Shown: piece after piece, positions 28,383-44,430 of the stretch | Position numbering within the stretch: position 1 is the stretch's first letter | How the letters are laid out: each line of letters starts with the position of its first letter | Source of the DNA: Eledone cirrhosa | Lineage: Eukaryota | NCBI GenBank assembly: GCA_964016885.1 | Contig: OZ024742.1 | Location: forward strand, 336,040,001 to 336,104,000 | Length of the DNA stretch: 64,000 nt | Reading direction: 5' to 3' | Notes under the pieces: model-generated | What the model was told of the DNA's origin: nothing | The model's input: only the letters and a program-made list of their open reading frames with translations | Databases searched by the model: none | Program-made: the position numbers and the translations under genes

Positions 28383-29915
28383 ATGGTATCCAATGATGTT
28401 GACTTGTTCTTCTTTTTGGTAAATATCATCTTGGTTAAGAGAGTGGGACTGGCTTTGTGCAGTGCCTTTGCTCACTATAAAAGCTTCACGGCACAGGCCT
28501 TACTTTATATCTGGAGATCTCTCTGCACTTGTCGTCACATGGTACCTTGGGCCCAGCACTGTGTGTCAATAATTGTCACAAGTGTAGTGTTTGTACCAGA
28601 GTTTTCAAGTCGCTGGCTGGACTAAAAAGTCACTGGTTCAGCGCATCGGTAGGGGTTCTCCTACATGGAAATAAAGTAGTGGCCGTACTCGAAAACGAGT
28701 TGGCAGCCACCATGTATGTATGTATGTATGTATGTATGTATGTATGTATGTATGTGTGTATGTATGTTATGTCGGCTCACTCTTGAGTGCTACTGGTAAC
28801 ATGTAACCCAGTACAACCTGTCGCATGGTCGGGTCTTCGGCGACTAAATCGGCAACCCACCAAGTTTTCTTGAGGGAGAGGGTGATTTTGGACACCCTGC
28901 AGGACAAAAAACAAAACCTGACAAAGGGCGGAAGAACTCATAAGGGTCAACGGCCATCCAAAAGTGTGTAAATATGTATATAGACATATACCGCGCGGTT
29001 AAACCACTGGGAGTGAAGGACCCCTAACCTTTGTCAGAGCATTCTTCTAGGAGAAGGCAACTCAGGAAACTGGGATAACTCCGATATAAAACCTCTTCGG
29101 ATTATAGCTACTGTCGCTCAGAGAGTGGGAATGGCTCAGTGCACAGTCTTTCCTCACTTTAAAAAATATCTTCACGCACAGGCATTGCACGATAGAATTA
29201 ATAAATAATTATTAATACGGGTATATCGTGCAATGGCCATACTCGATAACGAGGGGGCAGTCATCATCATGTATGTATGTATGTATGTATGTATGTATGT
29301 ATGTATGTATGTATGTATGTACGTGCTACTGGTAACATGTATCCCAGTACAACCTGTCTCATGGTCGGGTCGTTGGCGACTAAACTGGCAACCCCACCAA
29401 GGTTTCTTGGTGAGGAGGGTGACTTTGGACATCCTGCAGGACTAAAAACAAAACCTGTCAAAGGGCAAAGGAGCTCTAAAGAGTCAATGGCAATCCAAAA
29501 TCACCGGGAGAGATGACCCCTTAGCCTTTCTCAAGGAAGAATTCTAGGAGAAGGAAAACTCTGATATAATATCTGCAACCCTGATGGTATCCAATGATGT
29601 TGACTTGTTCTTCTTTTTGGTAAATATCATCTTGGTTAAGAGAGTGGGACTGGCTTTGTGCAGTGCCTTTGCTCACTATAAAAGCTTCACGGCACAGGCA
29701 TTGCTTTATATCTGGAGATCTCTCTGCATTTGTCGTCACATGGTACCATGGGCCCAGCACTATGTGTCAATAATTGTCACAATTGTAGTGTTTGTACCAG
29801 AGTTTTCAAGTCGCTGGCTGGACTAAAAAGTCACACTCGTTCAGCGCATCGGTAGGAGTTCTCCTACATGGATATAAAGTAGTGGTCGTACTCGAAAAGG
29901 AGTTGGCAGCCACCA
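28383..29915 (+). mobile_element. Cluster of RTE-related non-autonomous elements separated by (TATG)n: 28383-28712 (3' half), 28770-29190 (diverged subfamily), 29230-29270 (LINE-type 3' tail), 29323-29915 (full)
   Basis: Sequence identity to 12988-13581 and 55264-55671. Units are delimited by TATG repeats. Confidence 0.85.
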
Positions 29916-29947
29916 TGTATGTATGTTTGTATGTATGTATGTATATA

Positions 29948-30007
<60 letters not shown>

Positions 30008-30063
30008 TGTATATATATATATATATGTTTGTATATATGTATATATGTTTGTATATATGTATA

Positions 30064-30133
<70 letters not shown>

Positions 30134-30292
30134 TGTATATATATATATATGTTTGTATATATATATATATATATATGTATGTATATATATATGTTTGTAT
30201 GTATGTATATATATATATATATATATTCTCCTACATGGATATAAAGTAGTGGCCGTACTCGAAAACGAGTTGGCAGCCACCATGTATGTATG

Positions 30293-30361
<69 letters not shown>

Positions 30362-30389
30362 GTGGTTACACAACAGTTAGTTCACCATA

Positions 30390-30429
30390 CCGAGAACAAT
30401 TGTTTCACCTTCGCGGATCTTCAGCTCGG
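30390..30429 (-). ncRNA. Minimal type I hammerhead ribozyme in a ~75-bp TA-embedded insertion
   Basis: ccgag-CTGAAGA-tcc[gcgaa]ggt-GAAA-caattg-TT^ctcgg, with palindromic stem III ACAATTGT. Confidence 0.82.
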
Positions 30430-31260
30430 GATGTATATATATATATATATACCCCCTTCGGTCACGAATGACCGTGGGATTTGCACCTTGAAAGCTCTAC
30501 TCCGAGGTGCAAGTCCTGGCAAGGTTCTTTGTGGAAGACCAGCGGTCGCCTATGTATACCACCACCCCTCCCTCCAGGCCATTGCTGTTGTCCAAGGGAA
30601 AGGCTCACGTCGATACAGCTTGGCACCAGGGACGTCGCAACTCATTTCTACAGCTGAGTAAACTGGGGCAACATGAAATAAAATGTCTTGCGCAAGGACA
30701 CAACGCATCACCCGGTCTGAGAATCGAAATCACATCCTCACGATTGCATGCCCAACGCTCTAACCACATAATACAATTAGTTTAATTGACAAAAAGAAGA
30801 CAACGGAAAAGACGAACGGAAACAAAGCAGAGGAAAAAATACTTTTTTTTCGAGGAAATCTTTAAAAATTATTTCTGGGGTTTATATAAACACTATTTAT
30901 TAATTGTTTTTAAATTATAAAAAGGCTCCACTAAAAATGTAATTAAATAAACAACTCAATAGGTTCTGTGGAGTATTACTTTGAGTGGTAACTATTATTC
31001 CCCTCCCCTCCCTCAATACATGTATATGTGTGTGCGTGCGTGTATATATACACATATGTATGTACACATGTATATATATATATTTATACACATATGTATG
31101 TACACATATGTATATATATATAGTTGAAGAAATAATACGTTTACGGAGATGCAAAAACAACGTCTTATTAGGATCACGCTTAGGATGAAGTAGAGGAAGG
31201 TTCGGCATTTCGGACGGAAGTCCTTTGTCAAGAAATGGAGAGTTCGGAGAGGGAGAGAAT

Positions 31261-31311
<51 letters not shown>

Positions 31312-31321
31312 CCTTTGTATA

Positions 31322-31495
31322 TATTACCCCCTCTACTACCCCAAGTATCGAGTACTTTGGTGGGTTATCGTCTAGCTGGTTTTTACCACATCCTATCTGA
31401 TATTTAGCTCCTACTTTCGTAGTGGAGCACCCATACCACAGTTCGGATCTAGCTGTCGAAGCGGCAGTTCAGCCGTCGGGGTCCTGAACCTTTTC
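31322..31495 (+). mobile_element. Diverged, circularly permuted member of the GCCGTCGAAACGGC family
   Basis: The tail segment (ctctactaccccaagtatcgagtactttggtg...ttaccacat) precedes the gtcgaagcggc..gccgtcggggtcc segment, which implies tandem organisation. Confidence 0.55.
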
Positions 31496-33457
31496 ATATA
31501 TATTCATATCTGTGTTTGTTTGTTTATATATATGTGCAGATGTGAACGGAAACAAGAAAACAAAGAACGCAGTACCATGCAGTAATTTATAATGCTTGGT
31601 AAAGAAGGAAAAGAAATGTTATATATATATGTATGTATCACCAAGGTCTCTCTGATACAACACACGTATATAACCGATCTTGGTTATCTACAGCTAATCA
31701 ATCGATCTAATCTGCCTGTCGGGTGGCTCAAGCTGTCTTAGTCGATCACCGTCACTATACACCATTGCCATCACCTTCACCAAACACCATACATTATACC
31801 CCACACACTATCACTGTCACCACCATGATCAGGTGACTGACTTCTTTTGTCAACAGGCTTACATGATGTTGCAAACGTGACATTCGCATTTGACGTCGAG
31901 AAATGGATTAACCACTTCACTGACTCATTAAGCCTTCAGAGATAAACCTGTCCTCTTTATTAACATTACTACATAACCCATCATTTTGTGGACGCAATAC
32001 ATGTGTAATAATCGGTTTCTTCACCAACTTATAATATGTAATACAGGTGGATATATAGATAGAAAGAAGTTGGCAACAACGTTGACAGAAAACGCTTTAT
32101 TTATAACATTTACATTTCCTTTCTATTTTGTCATACATTTATTTGTGTTTCATGAATTCTGTATTAAAAATATTTAGAACGTTTTTTGACAGATCGCACC
32201 TTTAGAGTGCGACAGACGAACCAATGGGTCATACAGCTACTTTAATATTGATTTTGTCACCTTCTTGTCACCTGTTGTCTTTGTCATTGTTTTTGCTGTC
32301 ATTGTTTCGGTTTGGTCATCTCTGATCCGACAGATCTGTTTTATAGCTCCTTCGCTTTTACCTACGTCTTGACACATTCAAGGATGCAAATCCTTGCATC
32401 CTGAAGTAATTGAGTGTGTCAGGCTTTACAACATACATCACCATCTAGAATCTAGATGACTTAACTACAGTTGCTAGTATCTTGGAGTCACCGGGTATTT
32501 CGTGTTTTACAGCATACACCTTCATCCAGGTGACTTAACAACGGTTGTAAATACTTGGACACATCATCAGTGTTGTGTCCTGGAGTCACTGGGTGTTTCA
32601 GGTCTTACAACATACACCAGCTGACTCGACCGAGGTTGATCAAACCTCATCCTGTATTCAAATGATATACCACTGACCTCACCTGCCGACCTTTCTTTAG
32701 CCATAGCCATCTGGATGCTCTCTATGCTGATTCCTCACTTGCCAACCTTAAGAAACTATTCGTACATTTTTCACAAGCTAACAATGGGCTAGTTAAGTGG
32801 TTGAACTATCTGCTAGAAATAGCAGCCAAATCTTCCTGAAATTACGTCTCATTATCCTATAAAATGCAAGCAACGACACATTGGATGATTTAATTCTGTA
32901 TACTTATGCTTAAAAAAAAGATGGATGGTAAAGGTGGAGATGTCATGCCTAGAACTTCCTGGAACATATATCTGTTGTTCTGTTGCAAAACAACAACAAC
33001 AATAATCTATAAATTCTACTCTTATCTGGTCTTCCATTCTATATTGCATTTTAATATTAAAAATTGTAATATCTTAATAAGTTTTATTACCTGCTCGTTT
33101 CTAAACTTTCATCTAAAGAACTATACGCAATTGTTTCGTAATGTTTGTTTACATTTGGTTTTCTGTCGTCTGCCAATATTTATACATAGCTCAAAAATTA
33201 TCCAATTGTTTAATCAATATTTCTTATTTACGGCTGTATTTTCATCCTTTGGTATTCACAATCCTTTAGCAGGATCCAATTTCTTTCTGCGTTTGGTTGA
33301 AAACTTATTGAAATAACCGAGAAAACAATGAAAACGTATTGAAACGGCGAAAAGTGAGAATGGCTCTGTGAAGAAAGAATTTCACAAGCTATTTCTGCCA
33401 TCGCCCGCATTCGTCCTTGCTAATCTATTTTCAACTACTCTGTCATCTACATTTTTG

Positions 33458-33513
<56 letters not shown>

Positions 33514-33530
33514 ACACACACACACACACA

Positions 33531-33755
33531 TCTATAATATTATAAAGCTGAGTGTCGTGTGTATTATGTATGAATGTATGTATCCTACACACCTCTCTAT
33601 AGTTTGTTAGCTTTACTCTCTCCGTCGCTCTTCCTTCTCTCTATAATAGATCATTCCCCCTCTCTATAATTTAACTGCTTTACTCTCTCTATCGCTCTTC
33701 ACTCTCTATATGACAACACTGTTTTAGTTTCCGTATCTCCCTTCAATATATACAC

Positions 33756-33828
<73 letters not shown>

Positions 33829-34440
33829 TTAGGAAAACTACACGCACACATCTACAGAGAGAGAGAGACAGAAAAACAGGGAAGAGAAAAGAGAGAGATA
33901 GGCCGTTAGACAGAGAGAGATACAATTAAAGTGTTAGTTATTCAGAGAGAGAGAGAGACAGAGCTGAGCGTCGTATGTATGTATTATGCATGTATGTATC
34001 CTACACACCTCCCTATAGTTTCTTAGCTTCACTCTCTCCGTCGCCCTTCCCTCTCTCTATAATAGATCATCCCCCCTCTCTATAATTTAACTGCTTTACT
34101 CTCTCTGTCGCTCTTCACTCTCTCTATGACAACACTATTTTAGTTTCCGTATCTCCCTTCAATATATACACACACATAGAGAGAGAGAGATTTAGAGAAA
34201 GATTAGGAAAACTACACACACACACATCTACAGAGAGAGACAGAAAAACAGAGGGAGAGGAAAAGCGAGAGATAGGCCGTTAGACAGAGAGAGATACAAT
34301 TAAAATGTTAGTTATTCAGAGAGAGAGAGAGAGATAGAGAGTCGGAAGGACAATGTGACACAGGAGGGTGTGTGGTATCTTTGCAGTGGAGTGGTGGGGG
34401 CAAGTATACTAGCCGGTCGCCAGCCGGACGGGCCAACTAG
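33531..34440 (+). mobile_element. Complete non-autonomous Helitron with an internal ~415-bp tandem duplication
   Basis: a|TCTATAATATTATAAAG ... GC-rich imperfect hairpin (ccggtcgccagccggacggg) ... CTAG|t, an A/T insertion site without TSD. 33547-33960 is repeated at 33963-34335. Confidence 0.88.
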
Positions 34441-34475
34441 TATATTTATAAACATGACAAAATTTAATATAGATA

Positions 34476-34660
34476 TGGCTTCTACGGGACTAGAACTGTT
34501 TCTTTCGATGGAAATCATCAGGAAACCTGATGATTTCCTTCGAATGAAACTGTTCTAGTTCTGTAGAAGCCATTTCTATATAACATTTTGTTGTATACAC
34601 TCTACTAATATATTGAGTACTTTACTTACTGTGGTTATCCCCAATAGAACCCGGAATAAT
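34476..34660. mobile_element. Short foldback with hammerhead core on both arms plus tail; related fragment at 17370-17450
   Basis: atggcttctac...tcatcagg-aaa-cCTGATGA-tttccttcgaat-GAAA-ctg-TT-ctag...gtagaagccat. The 5' strand of stem I is lost at the fold point. Confidence 0.7.
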
Positions 34661-35315
34661 ACGATGACATACGATGGCATTTGAAACCTGATAGCGCTCA
34701 TTCCTCTCCAGGTTGAACCAAAATCAATTTCTTCCTGAAACCTGAGAGAGAGAAGAATCAACCTCCGGCGCAATATTTATCGACCCGGAAAGAATAAACG
34801 ATAAAGTTGACCTCGGTGGGATTTGAACTTAGAGCGCCGGCATCTGAAATGATTACCGCAAAACATTCTATTTGTCACCGTAAAGGCTCTGCCAATTCGC
34901 CATTTTGGCAACACAATATACTCCATAAAAGGCAATGAAAGGGCAGGTGTTGGTGTTTAACCGAGTGACGGGATTATGTCTACATCCTAAACAGACAGTA
35001 GATGTACCTCAGGCAGACTTCTATACAGTTTCTGTTAGAAAATTTTATTCAGAAAGTTTTTGTATTAAACACTTGATCACAGTATTCACATGGTTTTGGT
35101 AGAAGACACTGGGCCACAATACCGATTAATGGGCTTGTTACCTGAACCTAGGCATTCGCGCAAAAATTGTAGAGCCATAGCTCGTTTCCACTCATTCTGC
35201 TTAGCAGTAGGAACCTGTTGCATGTGAAACTACCACCACCACCACCACCCTCAAAATCATCACCTTCACAGCAATCAGCACAGTTACACCATATGATGAT
35301 AATAATAGTAAAAAA

Positions 35316-35792
35316 TAATTGTTTCTACTTTTGGCACAAGGCCAGCAATTACCCAGTGCATTACTGGTACTTTATTTGATCGACCTCGTAAGGATGAAAG
35401 GCAAAGTTAACCTTGGCGGGATTTGAACTCAGACCGTAAAGGGGCGCAACCCTATGCTACAAAGCAAGGCGTCCTACCCTCCACCGATACTACCAATCCA
35501 TTGCCCTTTATAATAATAATTGTTTCTACTTTTGTCACAAGGCCAGCAAATACCCAGTACATTACTGGTACTTTATTTGATCGACCTCGTAAGGATGAAA
35601 GGCAAAGTTAACCTTGGCGGGATTTGAACTCAGATCATAAAGGGCCGTAACTCTTTGCTGCAAAGCATGGCGTGCGACCATCTACTGATACTGCCAATCC
35701 ACCGCCCTTATAATAATAATAATTATTATATTCTTATATAGGCACAAGGCCAGCAATTTTGGGGGAGGGGAAAGTCGATTAAATCAACCCCC
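35316..35792 (-). mobile_element. Tandem SINE family A copies (35316-35487, 35516-35710, fragment 35740-35792)
   Basis: Reverse-complement consensus repeated, joined by (TAA)n. Confidence 0.88.
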
Positions 35793-36640
35793 GTTGTTGT
35801 GGTAGTCGTCAACACCAGCACTACCACCACCTCCACCACAATCACCACCACTACCGCCACCATCATCAACAACAACAACAGCATAAACACCGAGTGATGC
35901 AGCGTGTGTGTTATTCAGGTGTTCCGCAGTGATGACAGTCATAACAGCAACAACGGAGGGAGTTACACGATGATGATGATGATCGGTGAACATTTCTTAT
36001 ATTATTACGAGCTAATGCATCGCACCCAGTGAAAGACGATCATAACATCGTACACACACATACACACACTTACACACACACACACATACTTACACACACA
36101 CACACACACACACTTACACATACACACACACACACTCACACACACTTACACACACACACACACACTTACACATACTTACACACACTTACACACACACACA
36201 CACACACTTACACACACTTACACACACACACACATACTTACACACACTTACACACACACACACTTACACACACACACACACACACACTTACGCACACACA
36301 CACACTTACACACACACACACACACTTACGCACACACACACTTACACACACACACATACACACACCTAATCCCTAGGTTAACTTTATCTCGGAATTAAGT
36401 AGACTAGCCATACAATTTAAGTAGAGCAACTTTCAGAAATAATTTTGACCATATAATCTATAAAAACACATGTATGTAAGTATGTATATATATGAGCATA
36501 TGTATATGTGTAAATATATGTATGTGTATACATATATGTACACATACATACATATACTCATATGTATGTGTATATGTATGAATAAATATATGTATGTATG
36601 TATATATATGTATATATATATATAGAGAGAGAGATAAATG

Positions 36641-36678
<38 letters not shown>

Positions 36679-36882
36679 TATGTATATATATATATATATA
36701 TATGTATGTATATATATATATATATATGTATATGTATATATGTGTGTGTGCATGTATATATAAGTGTGTGTATGTATATGTATATATATGTATGTATATG
36801 TATATATATGTATATATATATATATATGTGTATGCATATATATGTATGTGTATGTATATATATATATATATGTATGTGTATG

Positions 36883-36940
<58 letters not shown>

Positions 36941-36943
<3 letters not shown>

Positions 36944-37647
36944 CTCTAATTTATTTGAATTATAGAGCCCTCTGCCGCTCATCTCGAATTTTGTTTATCG
37001 TGAACTCGTGCGCCGATTTTTCGATACTCGATTATTCTACTATATTTAGCTCTAGACTTAGCTATTGACCAGTTAATTTTATTGTTCATTTTTTGTCGAT
37101 TCTATTAAATGATGAATAGCCCCTGTTTATTTTAACATGTCTATTGAGCACTCTTATTCGATATGTGTTTTTGCCACACTTTTCCGAATATTTTTGCGGA
37201 TATAAAGGTTATCTCCCTTGCTGAAATCCATGTGCTTATTTTTAGCCTGGGTCTTGTCTTTCCATCCATTCGGACGAAGCTCGTTGATGAAGTAACTCCA
37301 GTCCCCCGCCGTCTGTAAGTCTTATATTTTTATATGAGCTGATAGAACGGTTTAAGGATTTACAGAAACCCAAGAAGCTAGATATTCCATCTCTCTAGTG
37401 GGTCCGGGTATGCATTTTACATTCATTTCATTTATTGATTTATTGATAATTTATCTGAGTGTCCCGAATCTTCCATATCGAACTTATCGGTTATTTGGTT
37501 GATTGTAGACATATTCTACGTGTGACGGTATTTAATGATAGTTATAGCTCTAATTTATTTGAATTATAGAGCCCTCTGCCGCTCATCTCGAATTTTGTTT
37601 ATCGTGAACTCGTGCGCCGATTTTTCGATACTCGATTATTCTACTAT
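36941..37647. mobile_element. TA-embedded ~700-bp unclassified element with ~100-bp terminal direct repeats
   Basis: tagctctaatttatttgaattatagagccc...gattattctacta occurs at 36941-37042 and 37545-37646, with (TA)n outside both. Confidence 0.7.
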
Positions 37648-37676
37648 ATATATATATATACATATATATACACACT

Positions 37677-37776
<100 letters not shown>

Positions 37777-37849
37777 TATACACAGAGAGAGAAAATAAAG
37801 AAGAAAGTAAGAAAGCATGACATATCGTATTGTTTATAAGGATAGTCGG

Positions 37850-38981
<1,132 letters not shown>

Positions 38982-39248
38982 CTAAGTATTATGCGCGAAT
39001 GACCATGGGATTTGCTCCTAGCAATCGCCCATGCACACCAGTTTCCCCTTTCCACGGCACCATAATTGTCCAAGGGAATGGCTAAGGCCGATACAGCTTG
39101 GCACGTGTGACGTCGCAACTCATTTCTACAACTGAGTAAATTGGAACAACGTGAAATAAAATCTCAAGGACATTAGGCACAACCTTACAATTGCACGTTC
39201 AGCGCTTTAACTATTAACCCATACTCCTTCACCCCCATACAACCCCAC

Positions 39249-39547
<299 letters not shown>

Positions 39548-39624
39548 AAAAATTAAACAGGGACAGAACAGAGAGGCAGTACGACAAATGTTTATTAGCT
39601 TCACGCTCAGGAGAGTGGGGGGTA

Positions 39625-39668
39625 GGTGGAGGACGACGTTTCGGGCATAAGCCCTTCTTCGGGTAAGA
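39625..39668 (-). ncRNA. Degenerate Penelope-type hammerhead motif
   Basis: CCGAAGA-a-gggc[ttat]gccc-GAAA-cgtcg-TC with weak stem I. A similar variant TTGACAA-a-ggac[ttcc]gtcc-GAAA lies at ~31203-31235 (-). Confidence 0.5.
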
Positions 39669-39996
39669 GTTCAAAAGGTGTGTAGGGGAGTGGTGGAGAG
39701 ACATATAGCGAAAGGAAACGGTGCGAATGAAAAATTAACAAAAAAAGACAAAATTATAATAAATAATAAATAAAAATAAAGCATGATCAAAATACAAGGA
39801 ATGAGAACATTTAAAAATAAAGGCATGATCAAAATAAACTGAAATTAAAAGGGGGGTAAACAGGTGGTGGAAGGGTGTGGGGTGAGTAGAGGTGGAGGCG
39901 GGTGGAGTGGGGAGAGGGAGACGGGGTGTCCGAGCGGGGAGGGCTGAAGGTGGTGTGTGTGGTTAGGTGTGCGTGTGTGTGTATGTGAAAGTGAAA

Positions 39997-40043
<47 letters not shown>

Positions 40044-40254
40044 TGTGTGTGGGGGTAGTACAGTGAATTACTGGTGTTGGTACCAAATCAAGGACTCTGT
40101 GGTTTACCTTGAATCAATCCTCTGCGAAACGCGCGTAACAGGTTGATACACAATAAATATTTTTCATATGTAAACGAAACTTGCTCGTTTTTTCTATCAC
40201 ACACACCCCCACCCCCACACACCCACCCACACAGCCACACAACACACACACAAA

Positions 40255-40572
40255 AACAAGATGGCGTAGGACAGAACAAAGTAGAGGCACAAAAACAAAG
40301 AAAAGCATCCCCAGTCACTGAAGAGGTCACAGAATGTGTGACGAAAGAACTTTGACAATATATAAACAATCATCTGGTTGTGGAACCAACCAACCAACCA
40401 ACCAGAAATTTATAAATTCCTAAATTTATAAATTTATTATAATAAATTGAAGCGAAGCAACTGGTGCGTGTGTTTCTTATTGGCAACATGACCCTCCAAA
40501 AGTATAACAATATCGGTTTCAACACACGTTTTCAGATAAAGAATCTTGCTAAACAAATTCAGAAACGAAATA
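40255..40572 (+). mobile_element. Family F uninverted copy (~320 bp) with hammerhead-like motif at 40314-40356
   Basis: Colinear with 48645-48965 (-). Ends cagaaacgaaa(ta)n. Confidence 0.78.
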
Positions 40573-40947
40573 TATATATATATATATATATAGTGAGAGA
40601 GAGAGATAGAGAGAGGTGTCTTAATCTGCACTTTCATTCTCTGATGACACTTCAACAACTACTTCAAGATGTTTTATTTTTTTATTTCATCTGCTTCAAT
40701 TGCCTGTTTCATTTGGTTTGTTTCGTCTTTAATATTATTTCCTTTCCTCTTAGACTCTCACATCTTTATTCTATCACCACAATAATTTATTTTCCTCTTA
40801 TTGTCTCACATCTTACACTATGTTCTCATTCATTTCATCTCTACAGTGTTTCCTTCCCTCTTATTGTTTTGCGTCTTATACCATGTCCTTTCATATATTC
40901 CATCTCCACAATAGTACAACCTCTTTCCTATCCATATAATGCTTACA

Positions 40948-41130
40948 GTGGATTGGCAGTATCGGTAGAGCGTCGGACACGTTCTGAATTTAAATACCGC
41001 CGATGTTAACTTTATCTTTCATCCTTACGAGGTCGATAAAATAAAGTACCAGTAATACACTGGGGTCGATTTAATCGACTTACCCCCTCCCCCCAAACTG
41101 CTGGCCCTGTGCCTATAGTAGAAATCATTA
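40948..41130 (+). mobile_element. SINE family A copy
   Basis: Family head and core. Confidence 0.82.
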
Positions 41131-41541
41131 CTACACAACGTCTTACATGTCCATTTTCATTCAGATGACTTAACCACAGTTGCTAATCGTAGTATAAATC
41201 ACCAGTGTTTTATCATTGGGTCTTTCGGGTCTTACAACACCGTCCTCCACGTGTCCTAACCGAGGTTCACCAAGTCTGATATACCACTGATCCCACCATT
41301 AGGTCTCTGGTTCGATCCCACTGCGTGGCAACGTGGGAAAGTGTCATTTACCATAGCCTTGGGTCAATCCAAGCCTTTTGAGTGAAATTGGGTTGACGGA
41401 AACTGTCGGGACTGTACCTTTAATTCAAAAGGTCATCCTTGTCAAACTCTGTCTCGCTGAATCTCATTGAGAATTACATTACGAGTATACGTACCTGTAG
41501 AATGCTCAGCCGTGTGTATTTGTATATCTATTTATATCTCA

Positions 41542-41604
<63 letters not shown>

Positions 41605-42344
41605 AATACACATGGCGTATTATCATGGTTGATAACAAGATTAGGGTTAATAGAGTGACAGAAAATATAGAGTACACTTAGTTTATTAGTCTTTGTAAAT
41701 TTTATATTTTTAGTCAAGATTTTAAATTTTTATTCACAGTTGTATAAATAAAATTTGTGTTTAACTCCTATCAAGTATCCCTTTTCTCAGTTTGTTAAAA
41801 TATGTAGCAGTCACGTCAATACGAATATTCCAATCGTGCTCTATCTCTCCTCTTCCCTCAGCACATGTGTATGACCATGTGCCAATGAATTATTCTCTAA
41901 GTGAATGAATCGCGTGAATGAATCGGACCCTCTCCCAGAACATGTTTGGTTACATGGGCCAATGAATCGCTCGCACACTCCCACTTTGCCCAACAAATGT
42001 ATCAATGAATTGTGTTCATGTGTCAGTGGAAGTTTTTTTTAAAGGTCTCGGATGTAAGGAATATTCTGAAAGACAGTCAAGCGTTACAGTATCATCGTTG
42101 TTATCGCTGTGTAGAATTCTCGTCCCCTTTTATTGGGGACCTTTTCCTAGTTGGTTTTTATTGTTATATATTTTTTATTTTGTACCCTTATAGTTATCTA
42201 TTGGTTTTTGGTTGATTTCTTTGGTTCCTTTACTCGGTATAAAACCTTTTTGTTCTTTGTATTGTTCATAACGCCGTGCGCCATTGTAGCCAGTAAAAAT
42301 AACCACCACCGTCACCATCATCCTCCAACTCCTCCTCCTCCTCC

Positions 42345-42387
<43 letters not shown>

Positions 42388-42389
42388 TA

Positions 42390-42785
42390 AGTTACGTCCT
42401 TTTACTTTCTCAGTTTAATTCCCGTCGGGGTTAGCTTTCCCTTTCATCCTTACAGTGTCGATACAATAAAGTACCAGTCACGCACTGGGGTCGATCTAAT
42501 CAACTTCCCCATTCCCTTCAAATTGATGGCCTTGTGCCTAAATCAGAAACCATTATTATTATTATTGGATTGCGGTGGATTGGCAGTATCGGTAGAACGT
42601 CGGACATTATGCTTTGCGGCATATAGTTACGGCCCTTTACATTTTAAGTTCGAATCCCGCCGAGGTTAGCTTTGACTTTCAACCTTACGAGATCGATAAA
42701 GTACCAGTAACACACTGGGATCGATTTAATCGACTTCCCCCGCCCCCAAATTACTGGCCTTGTGCCAAAAGTAGAAACAATTATC
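42390..42785 (+). mobile_element. Two tandem SINE family A copies
   Basis: Cores at ~42430-42480 and ~42660-42710. Confidence 0.8.
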
Positions 42786-42894
42786 CTTATTATTTGGATT
42801 GGCAATACCTTTGTCTCGTAGCTGCAGGCTTCACCCAATTACACAGACACAAGTATGTTTAATATTGGATTTTTAATTGAAGTTGGGGGATTAT

Positions 42895-44158
42895 GTAATA
42901 GTAGTGGTGGTGGCGATAGTAGTAGTAATGGTGGTGGTAGTAGTAGTAATGGTGGTAGTAGTAGTAGTAATGGTGGTGGTAGTAGTAATGGTGGTGGTAG
43001 TAGTAATGGTGGTGGTAATAGTAGTAATGGTGGTGGTGGCGATAGTAGTAGTAATGGTTGTGGTAGTAGTAGTAATGGTGGTGGTAGTAGTAGTAATGGT
43101 GGTGGTGGTGGTAGTAGTAATAGTAGTAGTGGTGGTGGTAGTAGTAATAGTAATGGTGGTGGTGGTGGAGATAGTAGTAGTAATGGTGGTGGTAGTAGTA
43201 GTAATGGTGGTGGTAGTAGTAGTAATGGGGATGGGGGTGGTAGTGGTAGTGGTAGTAGTAATATTAATGGTGGTGGTGGCGGCGATAGTAGTAGTAATGA
43301 TGGTGGTAGTAGTAGTAGTAATGGTGGTGGTGGCGATAGTAGTAGTAATGGTGGTGGTAGTAGTAGTAGTAATGGTGGTGGTGGTAGTTGTAGTAGCAGT
43401 AGTATTGGTAGTGATGGTGGTGGTTTTGAGCGCCTAATATTTGAGGGAAATATTTTGGCTGTTAATTCTAGTATGTCGAGTGACCACGTAGATTCGCCGT
43501 TGTGGTTGGTAGTGTTACTGGTGGGGCTGGGGATTGTGGTGGAGGTGTTGGTGGTGAGATGATGGTTTGTTAGTAGCTGTTGTGGCGATGATGCTGCACG
43601 TTGTAATGATGTTTATGATGACGATGCTGATGTTGATGATGTAGATAATGCTGACTGTGAGTATGATGATTATAGTTACGATGATGATGATGATGATGAT
43701 GATGATATCAACTATGATGACGGTGATGGTGGTGGTGCAGGGAACGATGATAATGATGGTGGTGGTGGTAGTGTTAGTCATGGTGGTGATAATGATGGTG
43801 GTGGTGGTGGTGGTGATAGTGGTGGTAGTGTTAGTCATGGTGGTGGTGGTGATGATGATGATGGTGATTGTTGTGGTAGTGGTGGTAGTGGTAGTCATGG
43901 AGGTGATGATGATGATGATGATAGTTGTAATGGTGGTAATGCTGTTAATCATGAAGAAGGTATATTGATGATGATGATGATGATAATATTGTTGCTGCGG
44001 ATGATGACATGTGTGGTGATGATGATGATGATGGTGATGGTGATGATTATGACGCTAGTGGTGATGATGGCGGTGATAATAAGGATGTGAGGTGATCGTG
44101 ATGGGGATGATGGTTAAATAGATGATGACGACGATGATGATGATATAAGGGACAGGGA

Positions 44159-44211
<53 letters not shown>

Positions 44212-44254
44212 TCGCTGCTACTTCTACTACTACTACCGCTGCTGCTGTTACTTT

Positions 44255-44306
<52 letters not shown>

Positions 44307-44361
44307 GTTGCTACTACTACTACTATTGCTGCTACTACTGCCGCTGCTGCTACTGCTGCTG

Positions 44362-44425
<64 letters not shown>

Positions 44426-44430
44426 GACAA
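42895..44430. repeat. Compound triplet microsatellite field (GGT/AGT/AAT/GAT/CTA)
   Basis: Direct reading. The Gly/Ser/Val/Met-rich ORFs are artefacts. Confidence 0.95.

Noticed and set aside
42855-43562. Gly/Ser/Asn-rich 235-aa ORF and neighbouring poly-V/M/T ORFs
   Set aside because: Triplet microsatellites that are open in several frames.
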